Source: Minisyncoccota bacterium (GTDB lineage: Bacteria > Patescibacteriota > Minisyncoccia > Phycocordibacterales > UBA5272). From it: 64,000 nt of DNA. Shown here piece after piece: positions 20,295-30,198 of the stretch; positions within the stretch are counted from its first letter, which is position 1; the number at the start of each line of letters is the position of its first letter. The translations under genes were made by a program, and so were the position numbers. The notes beneath the pieces were generated by a model. It was not told the origin of the DNA. It saw only the letters and a list, made by a program, of their open reading frames with translations, and did not search any database. The stretch is taken from the NCBI GenBank assembly GCA_046350775.1, contig JAXLZS010000001.1, positions 481,838 through 545,837 on the forward strand, written 5' to 3'.

Positions 20295-21344
20295 TTAATT
20301 TTCTTCTCTATATTTTTTTTGATAGCATCTTTTCAAAAAGTTTTCTATATTTTCTTCTTCTTTTGGATCTATGTTTAAAGAATCCATTAGATTTATCAGT
20401 ATATTTGTCATTTTTTCCTTGTCTTCTTGATTTATATTTTTACTCTCGCCAGTTTCGTTTAAAAACTCTTCAACATTCAAATCTTTTATTTTTGAAGTGA
20501 AAATATTTTTTTTAAAAAACATGCCATCTTTTTTAAAATTATCTGAAACATTTTTTAATTTTTCTGTAATATATTCTTCTTCTTTTTCTCTAGCATTCTC
20601 TCCAAAATAATAATTTTCTATTTTTGGATCTTTTGTCTTGTGCTCCTCTTGCACTTGTTGAGTCAATGAAGAGTTTAATATTTCTTTCATGTCTTCAATA
20701 GTGTTTTTATTTTTTTGGCCTTCTCCAGATTCATTCTTTTTTTCTGTGATCACGATAGTGTACTCTTCTTCTTTATCTATATTATCTTTTATTTGGTTTT
20801 TGATATTTTTATTTATTTTTGTTTCTTCTGTAAGAGAAAATACCTCCAGATCTTTTAGCCTGTTTTCTATATCAGACAATAAAGAGTCAATTCTTTGTAT
20901 ATTTGAATTTATTTTTTCACTCAAGACACTTTCTACTTCGGATAAATTTTGATTTTGAGTTATCAGATTATCATACATTGTCTGCTCAAAATAATTTAGC
21001 TTTTCAGAGATTTGGTTTTGATTTTTTCTTTCTAGTCTTTTTTCTAAATTTTCAAATTCTTGTGAAATTTCTTTTCCCGCTATCTCGGCAAATTTTCTTA
21101 TCTCTTCACCGACTATTTTTTTTGATACATTTGTGATTTTTTGACGAAAGAGAGTGTCGCTACCCCCTTTTTCTAAATCTTTATTAATAGATAATAAATT
21201 AGAAGCCATTTTTTCTTGCAGACCAGAAGCTCTTTTAGATATTCTTTCTCTTACTTCTTCTATACTGTAAGTATTATTTTTAATATAAGGACTCTTGATA
21301 TCTAAAATATCCTCTCCATTAAAATTTTCATTATGATTATTCAT
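20295..21344 (-). CDS. Hypothetical coiled-coil protein
   Basis: 349-aa E/K/N-rich ORF. Confidence 0.65.
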   Translation of the reverse strand: MNNHNENFNGEDILDIKSPYIKNNTYSIEEVRERISKRASGLQEKMASNLLSINKDLEKGGSDTLFRQKITNVSKKIVGEEIRKFAEIAGKEISQEFENLEKRLERKNQNQISEKLNYFEQTMYDNLITQNQNLSEVESVLSEKINSNIQRIDSLLSDIENRLKDLEVFSLTEETKINKNIKNQIKDNIDKEEEYTIVITEKKNESGEGQKNKNTIEDMKEILNSSLTQQVQEEHKTKDPKIENYYFGENAREKEEEYITEKLKNVSDNFKKDGMFFKKNIFTSKIKDLNVEEFLNETGESKNINQEDKEKMTNILINLMDSLNIDPKEEENIENFLKRCYQKKYREEN

Positions 21345-21576
21345 AGCATTTTCTATTTTCTTATTATGATTATATCACAACTTAAATAATAAAATATTAA
21401 AAAACTATTTTATTATTTAAGTTTGTGGATATTTTTCTATTTCATTTTTTAATTCATAAATGTTATAATATGTATATAAAAAATAGCTAGTTTATATAGC
21501 AATTTTTAAAGACAAAAGAGATTTTTATAGAAAATTCAGAATATATATTCATCCTGCCTTTCTCTTTTATTAATTT

Positions 21577-22671
21577 ATGAAATTAAAAAATCAAACAAAT
21601 ACACCATCTCTACTAATTTTTTTTAGTACTTCTGTTTTGATTTCCTATTTTATTATAAATATTATCCCAGCCAAAGCTGGAATTTTTGAAAATATTATAA
21701 ATCTTTTTACAAGAAGCTCTTCCGCTCAAGAAAATAATACCAAAGACTCTCTTAGTGATAATGATCTATTGAGGCCTACAATAAATTCATACATAGCAAA
21801 AGATTCATCATCTTCCAAATCTAAAAATAAAGACGAAGAAGACTCTGAAGATATAAACATAAGTGAAGATGGTCTTTTGGTCGTACAATCTGGCCCAATG
21901 CGTCTTTCTACAGAAAAGGAAAAGCCGATAAGCGACACAATTAGTCTTTATGAAGTAAAAAAGGGAGACACTCTTGATACTGTCGCCAGTCTTTTTGGGG
22001 TTAGTAAAAATACTATTATTTGGGCGAATAATTTAAAAAGTAAAAAGCTTACAGTTGGAGACTCTCTACTTATTTTCCCTATTACAGGTGTGCAATATAC
22101 GGCCAAAGGATCTACCAGTCTTGCTGCTATAGCAAAAAAATATGGAGCAGATGCAGAAGAGATAGCCGAATACAACGGTATCAGCATAGATGCTAAATTG
22201 GCTAAAGGAGATGTCATTTTTATACCTGATGCAGAAATGGAATTAGAAGTTGATATTACAAAAAATAAAACTACAACTACTAAAAAGGTAGTCACTCCTA
22301 AGTATAAAAATAATGTAGTAGCTGGATATTTTATGAAGCCAGTATCTGGATGTGTGAGAACTCAAGGACTTCATGGTCCATATGGCACAGCTATAGATTT
22401 TGGTTGTAAGGTTGGTACTTCAATAGTTGCTGCAGCTGATGGGGTTGTCATCCGAGCAGCATCCAGTGGATATAATGGAGGATATGGTGAAGTGGTGATC
22501 ATATCTCATCCAAATGGAACTCAGACAATCTATGCCCACCTATCTCAAGTCAGTGTATCAAATGGACAAAAAGTGTCTCAAGGTCAAGTAATAGGTGCTA
22601 CAGGAAATACTGGTCGCTCAACAGGTCCACATCTTCACTTTGAGACTCGTGGTACGACAAATCCATTTTAA
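21577..22671 (+). CDS. LysM + M23 family peptidoglycan endopeptidase
   Basis: Two LysM (YEVKKGDTLDTVASLFGVS), HxxxxxxD (HGPYGTAID), YAHL, TGRSTGPHLHFE. Confidence 0.93.
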   Translation: MKLKNQTNTPSLLIFFSTSVLISYFIINIIPAKAGIFENIINLFTRSSSAQENNTKDSLSDNDLLRPTINSYIAKDSSSSKSKNKDEEDSEDINISEDGLLVVQSGPMRLSTEKEKPISDTISLYEVKKGDTLDTVASLFGVSKNTIIWANNLKSKKLTVGDSLLIFPITGVQYTAKGSTSLAAIAKKYGADAEEIAEYNGISIDAKLAKGDVIFIPDAEMELEVDITKNKTTTTKKVVTPKYKNNVVAGYFMKPVSGCVRTQGLHGPYGTAIDFGCKVGTSIVAAADGVVIRAASSGYNGGYGEVVIISHPNGTQTIYAHLSQVSVSNGQKVSQGQVIGATGNTGRSTGPHLHFETRGTTNPF

Positions 22672-22738
22672 TAAAGCATTTTAAATGAAAATATGTTATA
22701 TTTTTATAAATTACTAAGTTATTATTTAAAATAAAAAT

Positions 22739-22864
22739 ATGGCAAAAAGAGCAACAAGTGTAGGAAACAATAAAAAATCTCATTCACACAAAACAAAGAA
22801 AAGATTAGCAATAAAAAAGGAAACTTTAGCAGCATTAGCTGCTAAAAGAAAAAAGAGAAAGTAA
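22739..22864 (+). CDS. Small basic protein, 41 aa
   Basis: Below ORF-track cutoff. MAKRATSVGNNKKSHSHKTKKRLAIKKETLAALAAKRKKRK; A-rich leader; terminator directly after stop. Confidence 0.7.
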   Translation: MAKRATSVGNNKKSHSHKTKKRLAIKKETLAALAAKRKKRK

Positions 22865-22907
22865 AAAACAAAAACCGCTTCAAATTTAAGAAGCGGTTTT
22901 TGTTTTA
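22865..22907. terminator. Bidirectional intrinsic terminator
   Basis: AAAACAAAAACCGCTT...AAGCGGTTTTTGTTTT between convergent genes. Confidence 0.85.
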
Positions 22908-22928
22908 TTTTATACCAGTTTCTTTAAT

Positions 22929-23459
22929 CTATTTTTCGTAAAGTGGCCAATTATTTTTTATATATTCAATTGTAATTATTGTTTTTGCGTCTTCAAATGG
23001 GTATGCCAACAATTCGTTGATAGAAAATTTGACTGTTTCTATTTGTTCTCCTTCATGATCAAGCCCTCCACCCTTTCCAATTTTATTTGATACAAACGCA
23101 ATGTAGATACCAATTTTTTCTGTAGAGCCACCAGGAGAGAGATAACATTTTGTCACAAAGTCTAGGTGGTCTACCTGATAGCCCACCTCTTCGATAATTT
23201 CTCGAGAAATTGCATCTTCATTAGATTCATTTTCATCTATCACACCGGCAACAAGTTCTAAAATTTCTTTTTTTGCACCAGGGCGCCACTGCTTTACAAG
23301 AATAAACTTTTTTGTTTCCTTGTCGTACACAAGAGCACAAACTGTGTTTTTTCTTTCTACAACAATTCTGGAATAGATAGCACCCTTTTTTGTTTCAACA
23401 GTTAGTTCGTTGAGATCAAAAAATCCTTTGTAAATATTTTTTGTTTTAATTATTTTCAT
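22929..23459 (-). CDS. NUDIX hydrolase (ADP-ribose/nucleotide-sugar pyrophosphatase-like)
   Basis: KQWRPG, Nudix box AGVIDENESNEDAISREIIEEVG, SPGGSTE. Confidence 0.9.
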   Translation of the reverse strand: MKIIKTKNIYKGFFDLNELTVETKKGAIYSRIVVERKNTVCALVYDKETKKFILVKQWRPGAKKEILELVAGVIDENESNEDAISREIIEEVGYQVDHLDFVTKCYLSPGGSTEKIGIYIAFVSNKIGKGGGLDHEGEQIETVKFSINELLAYPFEDAKTIITIEYIKNNWPLYEK

Positions 23460-24250
23460 ATACTTTTGTTATATAACTCTTTTACTCTACGAATGTGTGT
23501 TTTTTGCTCAGTAAAGTAATCTTTGCTGAAATAAGGGTTTGGAACATAAATATCTCGCTCGACAAACCCTTTTTCTGAAATTAAGTGCCCAGAAACACGT
23601 TGCACTAATTCGTAAGGAGTAATCCAAAACTGAGGATTTACATTTGTTCCAAATATAAATGGACGTTCTAGCATCTCATCAGCCGCACACAAAGTACTTG
23701 TGTTAAATAAGTAAAAATTAATATTAGAATATTTTTGTTTTATACTTCTAGAATAGTTTTTAACTATCTCGCGTGATTTCCAAAAGGATTGAAAACAATT
23801 AAGCTTGTATGGATCAGCAAGAGACCCAAAGGAAATAATATTAATTTTTTTAATCTTAATAAGCTCACTTTCAATAATATTTGAAACAATATATTTATAT
23901 GTATCTGCCACAAGAGATCTCACGTCATTATCAATACCGTCAATATCATTTTCAATGATGATCTTACCCTTCTCGTCAAGTTCAGTTTTAAACTCTCCTA
24001 CTAGATGAAAATATGAGATACTTTCATATTGTTGCTTTGGAATTTTTGAGACAAATGAATGTATATCTGAGTTATTAGTAAGATCAACGTTTACAATTAA
24101 ATTATGATTTGGAAGTGATTTAAAATCGTGAATAGGTATTCCCTTTCTGGAGATGCCATATATGATAGTATTTGGTTCAATAATGTATTTACGTAAAAAT
24201 TCTTGCCCCATTGATCCGGTAACTCCAGAAATAATTATTAATTTTTTCAT
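23456..24250 (-). CDS. Atypical SDR/Rossmann-fold protein
   Basis: IIISGVTGSMG dinucleotide-binding motif, GISR, VDLT; ATG at 24250. Confidence 0.7.
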   Translation of the reverse strand: MKKLIIISGVTGSMGQEFLRKYIIEPNTIIYGISRKGIPIHDFKSLPNHNLIVNVDLTNNSDIHSFVSKIPKQQYESISYFHLVGEFKTELDEKGKIIIENDIDGIDNDVRSLVADTYKYIVSNIIESELIKIKKINIISFGSLADPYKLNCFQSFWKSREIVKNYSRSIKQKYSNINFYLFNTSTLCAADEMLERPFIFGTNVNPQFWITPYELVQRVSGHLISEKGFVERDIYVPNPYFSKDYFTEQKTHIRRVKELYNKSI

Positions 24251-24394
24251 ATTTTTTTTAATTAACACTATATTATTAATATGTCAAGTATATTATTAAT
24301 ACGAATTAATATCAAAAAAAAGCTTTATTTTAAATAGCTAGTAAACTAACAGTTGACTAGCTATTTACTTTTTGTTATATTATATTCTAATAAT

Positions 24395-25225
24395 ATGTTT
24401 AAAAAACAAAAGAAAATAGAAGATTTAATATTAGAAATATTAATAGAAGGAAAAATAAGCACTCTGGACTTAATAAAAAGAATTCTCAAGATACTTCCCT
24501 ATTCTAGTAAGCAAGCAATATATAAATCTTTAAAAGATCTAAGAGAAAATGAAATAGTTATTTATAAAAGAGAAGAGGTCTCTCTATCTTCTCTTTGGCT
24601 CAAAAGGGTCAGTGAATTTTTAGAAAAAGCAGAGCAAGAATATAAAGTTGATGATGGAAGAATAAATATTCTTTCTTTAAAAGAAGGGGAAAAAGTTTCT
24701 TATCAATTTAATAGTTTTTATAATACTGATATTTTTTGGGCTCATGCATTTAATTTAATGTATGATGGAACAAACAAAGATACAAATGTCTTGATTTATA
24801 ATCCGCACGAGTGGTTTTTACTTGTCCGTGAAGAAAGTGAGACTTATCTTTTTAATAAATTTATAACAGATGATAGAAAATTATTTAATTATGTCCCAGA
24901 AATAGACCCGTTAGACAAATTTGTATCAAAATATTTTGATCAAAAAAATATTAAATATTATTCTAATAATAAACATCATTTTAAAAATAAAAATTACTAT
25001 GTAAATGTATTTGGAGATTTTATTATTGAAGCATGGCTTGATAAAAAAGTTTCTAATGAGATAGATAAATTTTATAAAGAAACAAAAGAATTTAGCGAAG
25101 AAGCAAAAGTAAAATTATTAGAAATAGTAAATAAAAAAGGAAAAAGTAGACTGCAAATTAGTAAAAATAAAAAGAAAGCACAAGAAATCAGAAAGATTTT
25201 TGAAAAGTATTTTATTTTTAATTAA
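24395..25225 (+). CDS. Probable winged-helix transcriptional regulator
   Basis: N-terminal SKQAIYKSLKDLRENEIV wHTH-like segment; divergent from the SDR-NUDIX pair; ATG at 24395. Confidence 0.65.
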   Translation: MFKKQKKIEDLILEILIEGKISTLDLIKRILKILPYSSKQAIYKSLKDLRENEIVIYKREEVSLSSLWLKRVSEFLEKAEQEYKVDDGRINILSLKEGEKVSYQFNSFYNTDIFWAHAFNLMYDGTNKDTNVLIYNPHEWFLLVREESETYLFNKFITDDRKLFNYVPEIDPLDKFVSKYFDQKNIKYYSNNKHHFKNKNYYVNVFGDFIIEAWLDKKVSNEIDKFYKETKEFSEEAKVKLLEIVNKKGKSRLQISKNKKKAQEIRKIFEKYFIFN

Positions 25226-26784
25226 TCACTAATTTTTGGTCTATATTGCAAGGCTTCTAGTATATGAGCTATCTCTATATTATCTTTTTCATCAAGATCG
25301 GCTATAGTTCTCGCTACTTTTAATACTCTATGATAAGCACGAGGCGAAAGATGAAGTTTTGTGGCATAAAGATCCAGCTCCCTCTTTGTCTCAGCGGTCA
25401 ATCCAGAAAAATTAGAAATATCCTTTGAGTTCATATCACGATTTAGATCTATTTTGATATTTTCTTTTTCAAATCTTTCTTTCATTTTATTTCTGGCTTT
25501 ATTTATTTTTTCTTTAAATGTTTTACTACTTTCGCCACTCACCTCTTTTGTACCAAGTTCATCATAAGAAATATTTGAGACCGAGACCCACATATCAATA
25601 CGATCCATGATTGGCCCTGAAAGTTTTCTTTCATATCTCGCGATATCATTTGGTGTACAAATACATTTTTTATCTTTATTTCCTTTATTGCCACATGGGC
25701 ATGGATTCATAGCTGCTATCAGCATAAATTTTGCTGGAAATCTTTCCGTACCCTTTGCGCGAGAAATAGATATATATCCTTCTTCGAGTGGCTCACGAAG
25801 TGCTTCTATAGTTTTCTTTTCAAATTCTGGAAATTCGTCCAGGAAAAGTACTCCACCATGAGCAAGTGTCACCTCGCCTGGCTTTGGAGTTGATCCTCCG
25901 CCAACAAGTGAGACATAACTCGATGTATGATGAGGAGAGCGAAATGGTGCTTTTAATATTAAATTATTTTTTGAGATTTCATTTGAGCCTGCTATCGAAT
26001 GTATCCTGGTGACTTCTAAAATATTTTTATAATCAAGATCTGGCAATAGTGCTCTGGCTGCTCTTGCGAGCATGGTCTTGCCTGTGCCTGGTGGTCCGTA
26101 CATGGCTAGATTGTGTCCTCCGGCTGTCGCGACGAGGAGCGCTCTCTTGGCGGCGGTCTGACCTTTCACATCTTGCATATCTATTTCTACTATCTCTTCA
26201 CTGTATTTTTCTTGAAATTTTTTAGGATCTGTAGCGGGAGTTTTTAAAATTTTCTTTTTTCCAGAAACGTGATTTATCACATCTTCAAGATTTTCTACTC
26301 CATAAATATCTATATTTTTTACAAGAGCAGCTTCTTCTTCGTTTTCTTTTGGTAAAAATAAATTTTTAATTTTATTTTTTTCAGCTAATTCAGCTAATGC
26401 TAGAGCGCCCTTTAATTTTCCAACTGTCCCCTTTAAAGATAGTTCACCAACGAACATCGAGTCATTTATTTCTTGCTCGTTAAATTCTATTTCCTTATTA
26501 GCAAGAAGATAAGATATGGCGATAGGTAAATCAAAATTTGTCCCTTCTTTTTTTAAATCTCCTGGCGCGAGTGAGATTGTTGTCCTGTGTGCAGACTGTT
26601 GAGGATTACTGTATTTTGCATTGCGGAGTGCGGCGCAAACTCTGTCTTTACTTTCATCTATTGCTTTATCACCAAGACCAATAAGAGAAAAAGCACTGAT
26701 TCCTCTACCAATGTCACATTCTACTTTTATAAGTTGCGCTTTTAGTCCAATTATTAATCCTGATTTTATTGAAATAAAAGACAT
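25222..26784 (-). CDS. comM: ComM/YifB Mg-chelatase-like AAA helicase
   Basis: ESKDRV, KEGTNFDLPIA, GPPGTGKT, FRSPHHT, LAHGGVLFLDEFPEF, MNPCPCG, LSGPIMDRID. Confidence 0.95.
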   Translation of the reverse strand: MSFISIKSGLIIGLKAQLIKVECDIGRGISAFSLIGLGDKAIDESKDRVCAALRNAKYSNPQQSAHRTTISLAPGDLKKEGTNFDLPIAISYLLANKEIEFNEQEINDSMFVGELSLKGTVGKLKGALALAELAEKNKIKNLFLPKENEEEAALVKNIDIYGVENLEDVINHVSGKKKILKTPATDPKKFQEKYSEEIVEIDMQDVKGQTAAKRALLVATAGGHNLAMYGPPGTGKTMLARAARALLPDLDYKNILEVTRIHSIAGSNEISKNNLILKAPFRSPHHTSSYVSLVGGGSTPKPGEVTLAHGGVLFLDEFPEFEKKTIEALREPLEEGYISISRAKGTERFPAKFMLIAAMNPCPCGNKGNKDKKCICTPNDIARYERKLSGPIMDRIDMWVSVSNISYDELGTKEVSGESSKTFKEKINKARNKMKERFEKENIKIDLNRDMNSKDISNFSGLTAETKRELDLYATKLHLSPRAYHRVLKVARTIADLDEKDNIEIAHILEALQYRPKISD

Positions 26785-26792
26785 AATTTTAT

Positions 26793-27677
26793 TTATTGTA
26801 AGCTATCAATAGCATCAAAAAAATCTTTGAGTGAAGTAGCAAATATTACATAGTTATTATTTTTGGCATATCCGTAAATAAGTGTGACTACTCCAGCATT
26901 AGCAATCTGAAAATCTTGATTGTTTAAAGTCTTACTTTCCCAGACTAATTTATCACCAGAAATTGGTGCTTGAGGTGCAAAAGAATTTAAAGCGCTATTG
27001 ATTTGTTTTTGTAAGTTTGTAGGATCGAAAAAGTTTACAACTTGCTCCAAAGAGCTCGATGTGGAATTGATATTTATACTTGTACTGCTATTTAAATTAT
27101 TATCACTACTTGTGGATATGACAGCATTTAAGTCTATATTATCTGCCGCTATTTGCTCTAGATTAAAAGTCTGTACCAGGTCTCGTCCAAGATCTTTTTG
27201 GTGCGATAATATATATGCATAAAGTTGGCTATAATTGTCTATCCCAGTACTAGGATCGTTTGGCTTGATAGTCAGTATTATGAGATTATTATTTTGAGTG
27301 GAGGTCTTTATGTATGGAGCTATTCCTATAGCAAGATTTGGAAATAGTTGATTGATACTATTTTTATCATAGCTTGACTGGTCTGCTAATTTTTTCATCT
27401 CTTCTGCTTGTTTGTTTATCAAGTCTTGTGCTTGCTTTGCTTTGTAATTTGTATAAAAATAATATCCTACAGCCGATACAGATCCTAAGACAAACAAAAT
27501 AGACACAAGTGTAAGAATTTTTTTTGTAATAGAGCTTCCACCATCAGTATTTTCTGATACCAAGATACTATTTGTACCAACAATTTTTTCCACTCCTCCA
27601 GTGATTGGAGCTTCGTCAAAATTTCTATTTTCATTTACATCGTCTTCAAATGTGTGAATAGTTGGTATGTATGCCAT
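26793..27677 (-). CDS. Single-TM hypothetical protein
   Basis: TM around aa 55-75; N-terminal IHTFEDD. Confidence 0.65.
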   Translation of the reverse strand: MAYIPTIHTFEDDVNENRNFDEAPITGGVEKIVGTNSILVSENTDGGSSITKKILTLVSILFVLGSVSAVGYYFYTNYKAKQAQDLINKQAEEMKKLADQSSYDKNSINQLFPNLAIGIAPYIKTSTQNNNLIILTIKPNDPSTGIDNYSQLYAYILSHQKDLGRDLVQTFNLEQIAADNIDLNAVISTSSDNNLNSSTSININSTSSSLEQVVNFFDPTNLQKQINSALNSFAPQAPISGDKLVWESKTLNNQDFQIANAGVVTLIYGYAKNNNYVIFATSLKDFFDAIDSLQ

Positions 27678-27794
27678 AAATATATTTTATCACGTTTTAT
27701 TTAAGAAAATTTTTATCTTGCTATTATTTTCTGTTTATATTAGTATAAAGTCAGTCTTGTAATTTATTTTTAACCTAAAACAATCATTAATAAA

Positions 27795-28778
27795 ATGAGA
27801 AGTTTAAAATTTCTTTTGCTAGGAGTTGTTTTTATTTTTCTGTTTGTCGGCTTGCCGGTTTATCTTTTTACAAAATCGGTCTTTATTACCAAAATGGTAA
27901 TTCTTTTTATTGCTGGTTTCTATCTTGGTTTTTTGAGTTTGGTGCATTGGCTGAAAAAGATTTTTCACAACAGATCAATTTCAATCATTTTGGATGGTAT
28001 TTCTACTATACTTATAGTGGTGATATCTATACCTATAATGATAGTATTACGATATGTTTGGTTGTTTCTGTTAAAATATTTTCCTGAAAGTAGGTACAAG
28101 TATTCACACTTTATAATTACCGGGATATTATTTTTAATAGGAATAAAGCTCAAGTTTGAAGGAAAATTTTGCCTTGATGCAAAAATTGCCATCTTTAACC
28201 ATTCAAGCCCTTTAGATTATCTCCTTATTCCTTATTTTATGCCAATGCTGCCTTATAATATTGTAGCAGGTATAAATCTTAAGAACAACAAAAAAACATT
28301 AGAAGATAAGGTTGTTTCTTGGTTTATAGGCGACATTATAAAAGATTGTCTGATTCCTGTAGACAGAGAAGATGACATTTCAAAAATGAAAGCATATAAA
28401 ACCATGTTAAGGGAATTAGGAAAAGGAAAGATTGTAGGACTTTCTCCTGAAGAGGGTAGGATTTCGAAGAAACTGGTAAATAAAGGATCTGTATTAAAAC
28501 CCGAAGAAGAGTTTTCTGAAAGTGCTTTTAGAGCCTCATTTAAGTATGGTTATAAAATTCAAGTTGTTATGCTTGATTGGCCGGTTATTTGGTTCGGAAA
28601 AGACGATGAGCGTTTTGGTATCCATCCCACAACTATCAGAATATCTTACACAACAGTACTTTCTCAAAAAGATTTTAAATCTAAAGAAGATATGAGAGAA
28701 TATTGTTATGATTTGATGGAGCAAAAACTTTCTTCATCAAAAAACGTTCAAAGATTCCTAAAAGAATTACAAAAGTAA
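27795..28778 (+). CDS. Lysophospholipid acyltransferase (PlsC-like) with N-terminal TM domain
   Basis: NHSSPLD (HxxxxD), IPVDR, SPEEGR (FPEGTR-like). Confidence 0.8.
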   Translation: MRSLKFLLLGVVFIFLFVGLPVYLFTKSVFITKMVILFIAGFYLGFLSLVHWLKKIFHNRSISIILDGISTILIVVISIPIMIVLRYVWLFLLKYFPESRYKYSHFIITGILFLIGIKLKFEGKFCLDAKIAIFNHSSPLDYLLIPYFMPMLPYNIVAGINLKNNKKTLEDKVVSWFIGDIIKDCLIPVDREDDISKMKAYKTMLRELGKGKIVGLSPEEGRISKKLVNKGSVLKPEEEFSESAFRASFKYGYKIQVVMLDWPVIWFGKDDERFGIHPTTIRISYTTVLSQKDFKSKEDMREYCYDLMEQKLSSSKNVQRFLKELQK

Positions 28779-28812
28779 GAAAGAAAAAACAAACCAATAA
28801 GGTCAGGACACA

Positions 28813-29373
28813 TTAGTTCTGACCTTTTTTATTTCTCGAAAATCTTTTTCCAGATTTATTTTTCATTCCTCTGTGAGAAATTATAAATTTTTCTGGATTG
28901 TCACACATATCCACAAACTCTTCACAAGCTTCACGAAGTCTTGAAGAGGTAGATTTGCCGAAAGATATCACTTCTACCTGAGTTGTGATTTTTAGATATT
29001 CTACTAATGGTTCAAAGTCTCCATCACCTGTCGCCAGGACGATAGCGTCTACTTTTGGTGAGATACGGATCGCATCTATTGCTAGTCCGACATCCCAGTC
29101 GCCTTTTTTGTTTCCTCCATAAAAGATTTGTAGATCTTTAGTTTTGGTCTCGATTCCAATTTTTGTTAATGCGTCAAAAAAGTTTGCTTCATCTCTTTCT
29201 TCTGTTGAGATGACATAAGCGATAGCACGTATGATATGTCTCCCTGCCACAGCTTCGTCGAGTACATTTTTAAAATTAACTTTTGCATTATAAAGATTTT
29301 TTGCACTGTGATATAGATTTTGAGCATCAATGAGCACAGCCACTCTCTGATCTTTATGTTTTATTATAGACAT
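28813..29373 (-). CDS. NYN domain (LabA/DUF88) protein
   Basis: IDAQNLY, KGDWDVGLAID, TGDGDFEPLVEYL. Confidence 0.92.
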   Translation of the reverse strand: MSIIKHKDQRVAVLIDAQNLYHSAKNLYNAKVNFKNVLDEAVAGRHIIRAIAYVISTEERDEANFFDALTKIGIETKTKDLQIFYGGNKKGDWDVGLAIDAIRISPKVDAIVLATGDGDFEPLVEYLKITTQVEVISFGKSTSSRLREACEEFVDMCDNPEKFIISHRGMKNKSGKRFSRNKKGQN

Positions 29374-29514
29374 ACAGTTTGTTTATTTAATTATTTTTAA
29401 AATATAAAATTGCACTTTTTAATTTAATATGAAAATTCTTACTTACTTATTATAGCAAGATTAATTAGATAGTTTAACAATTAAAAAGTCTTCAACTAGT
29501 GAAGACTTTTTAAT

Positions 29515-29781
29515 TTATCCACGAAGACCTAGTTTGTTTACTACCACCTTGTGTCTTTCTGGTTTATTTTTTGAAAGATATTTTAGGTGGGCTCTTCTAT
29601 CTGCTACCATTTGGATCAATCCTCTTCTTGAATGATTGTCTTTTTTGTGAGTTTTAAGATGATCAGTGACTTCTTCTATTCTGCGTGACAAAATAGCAAT
29701 CTGAGACTCTGCAGATCCTGTATCGTTGGCATGCATCTGTACATCCTTGATAGCGTTAGCTTTTTTTCTTTTTGTAAGCAT
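29515..29781 (-). CDS. rpsO: 30S ribosomal protein S15
   Basis: DTGSAESQIAIL, HKKDNHSRRGL; terminator hairpin at about 29480-29515. Confidence 0.97.
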   Translation of the reverse strand: MLTKRKKANAIKDVQMHANDTGSAESQIAILSRRIEEVTDHLKTHKKDNHSRRGLIQMVADRRAHLKYLSKNKPERHKVVVNKLGLRG

Positions 29782-29904
29782 AAAAATTTGTTAATTAATC
29801 TTGACTTGTATAAGTTTATATATCATATCATACTTTCCGGAAAAATGCAAGTATTATATCAAAAATTAAAAGGCTTTAAGTTCACATCTTAAAGCCTTGA
29901 TATT

Positions 29905-30090
29905 TTATCCATGTATTGGACATTCTGGGTCTGGGTTTGGGTTATCATTGTGTACTGGGCAATAATTACTTACATGATAAACTCCTTTTTTTTCATCCCA
30001 GTTCTCAGGTGGTGGATTTTGACAATCGCATTTAGTTGGGCACGTACATTTTTTAATTCTAAAAATCTTTTTCAATATTTTTTTTAACAT
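29905..30090 (-). CDS. Small Cys/His-rich putative metal-binding protein
   Basis: CTCPTKCDC...CPVH...CPIHG; TTGACA-17-TAATAT promoter upstream; hairpin terminator downstream (about 29869-29900). Confidence 0.65.
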   Translation of the reverse strand: MLKKILKKIFRIKKCTCPTKCDCQNPPPENWDEKKGVYHVSNYCPVHNDNPNPDPECPIHG

Positions 30091-30198
30091 AATCTTAATT
30101 TTATGTGTGAAAAATATAATTTATATATAACTTATTTAATATTATTAAATAACCAAGTTTTTGTCAATTATATTTTTCTTTATTTTTTCTGTTAAAAT

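Noticed and set aside
6875-20952. Many plus-strand ORFs rich in F/S/I/L (e.g. 7252, 9922, 11708, 15188, 18613)
   Set aside because: Antisense shadows of well-supported minus-strand genes; the same applies to similar ORFs elsewhere in the window
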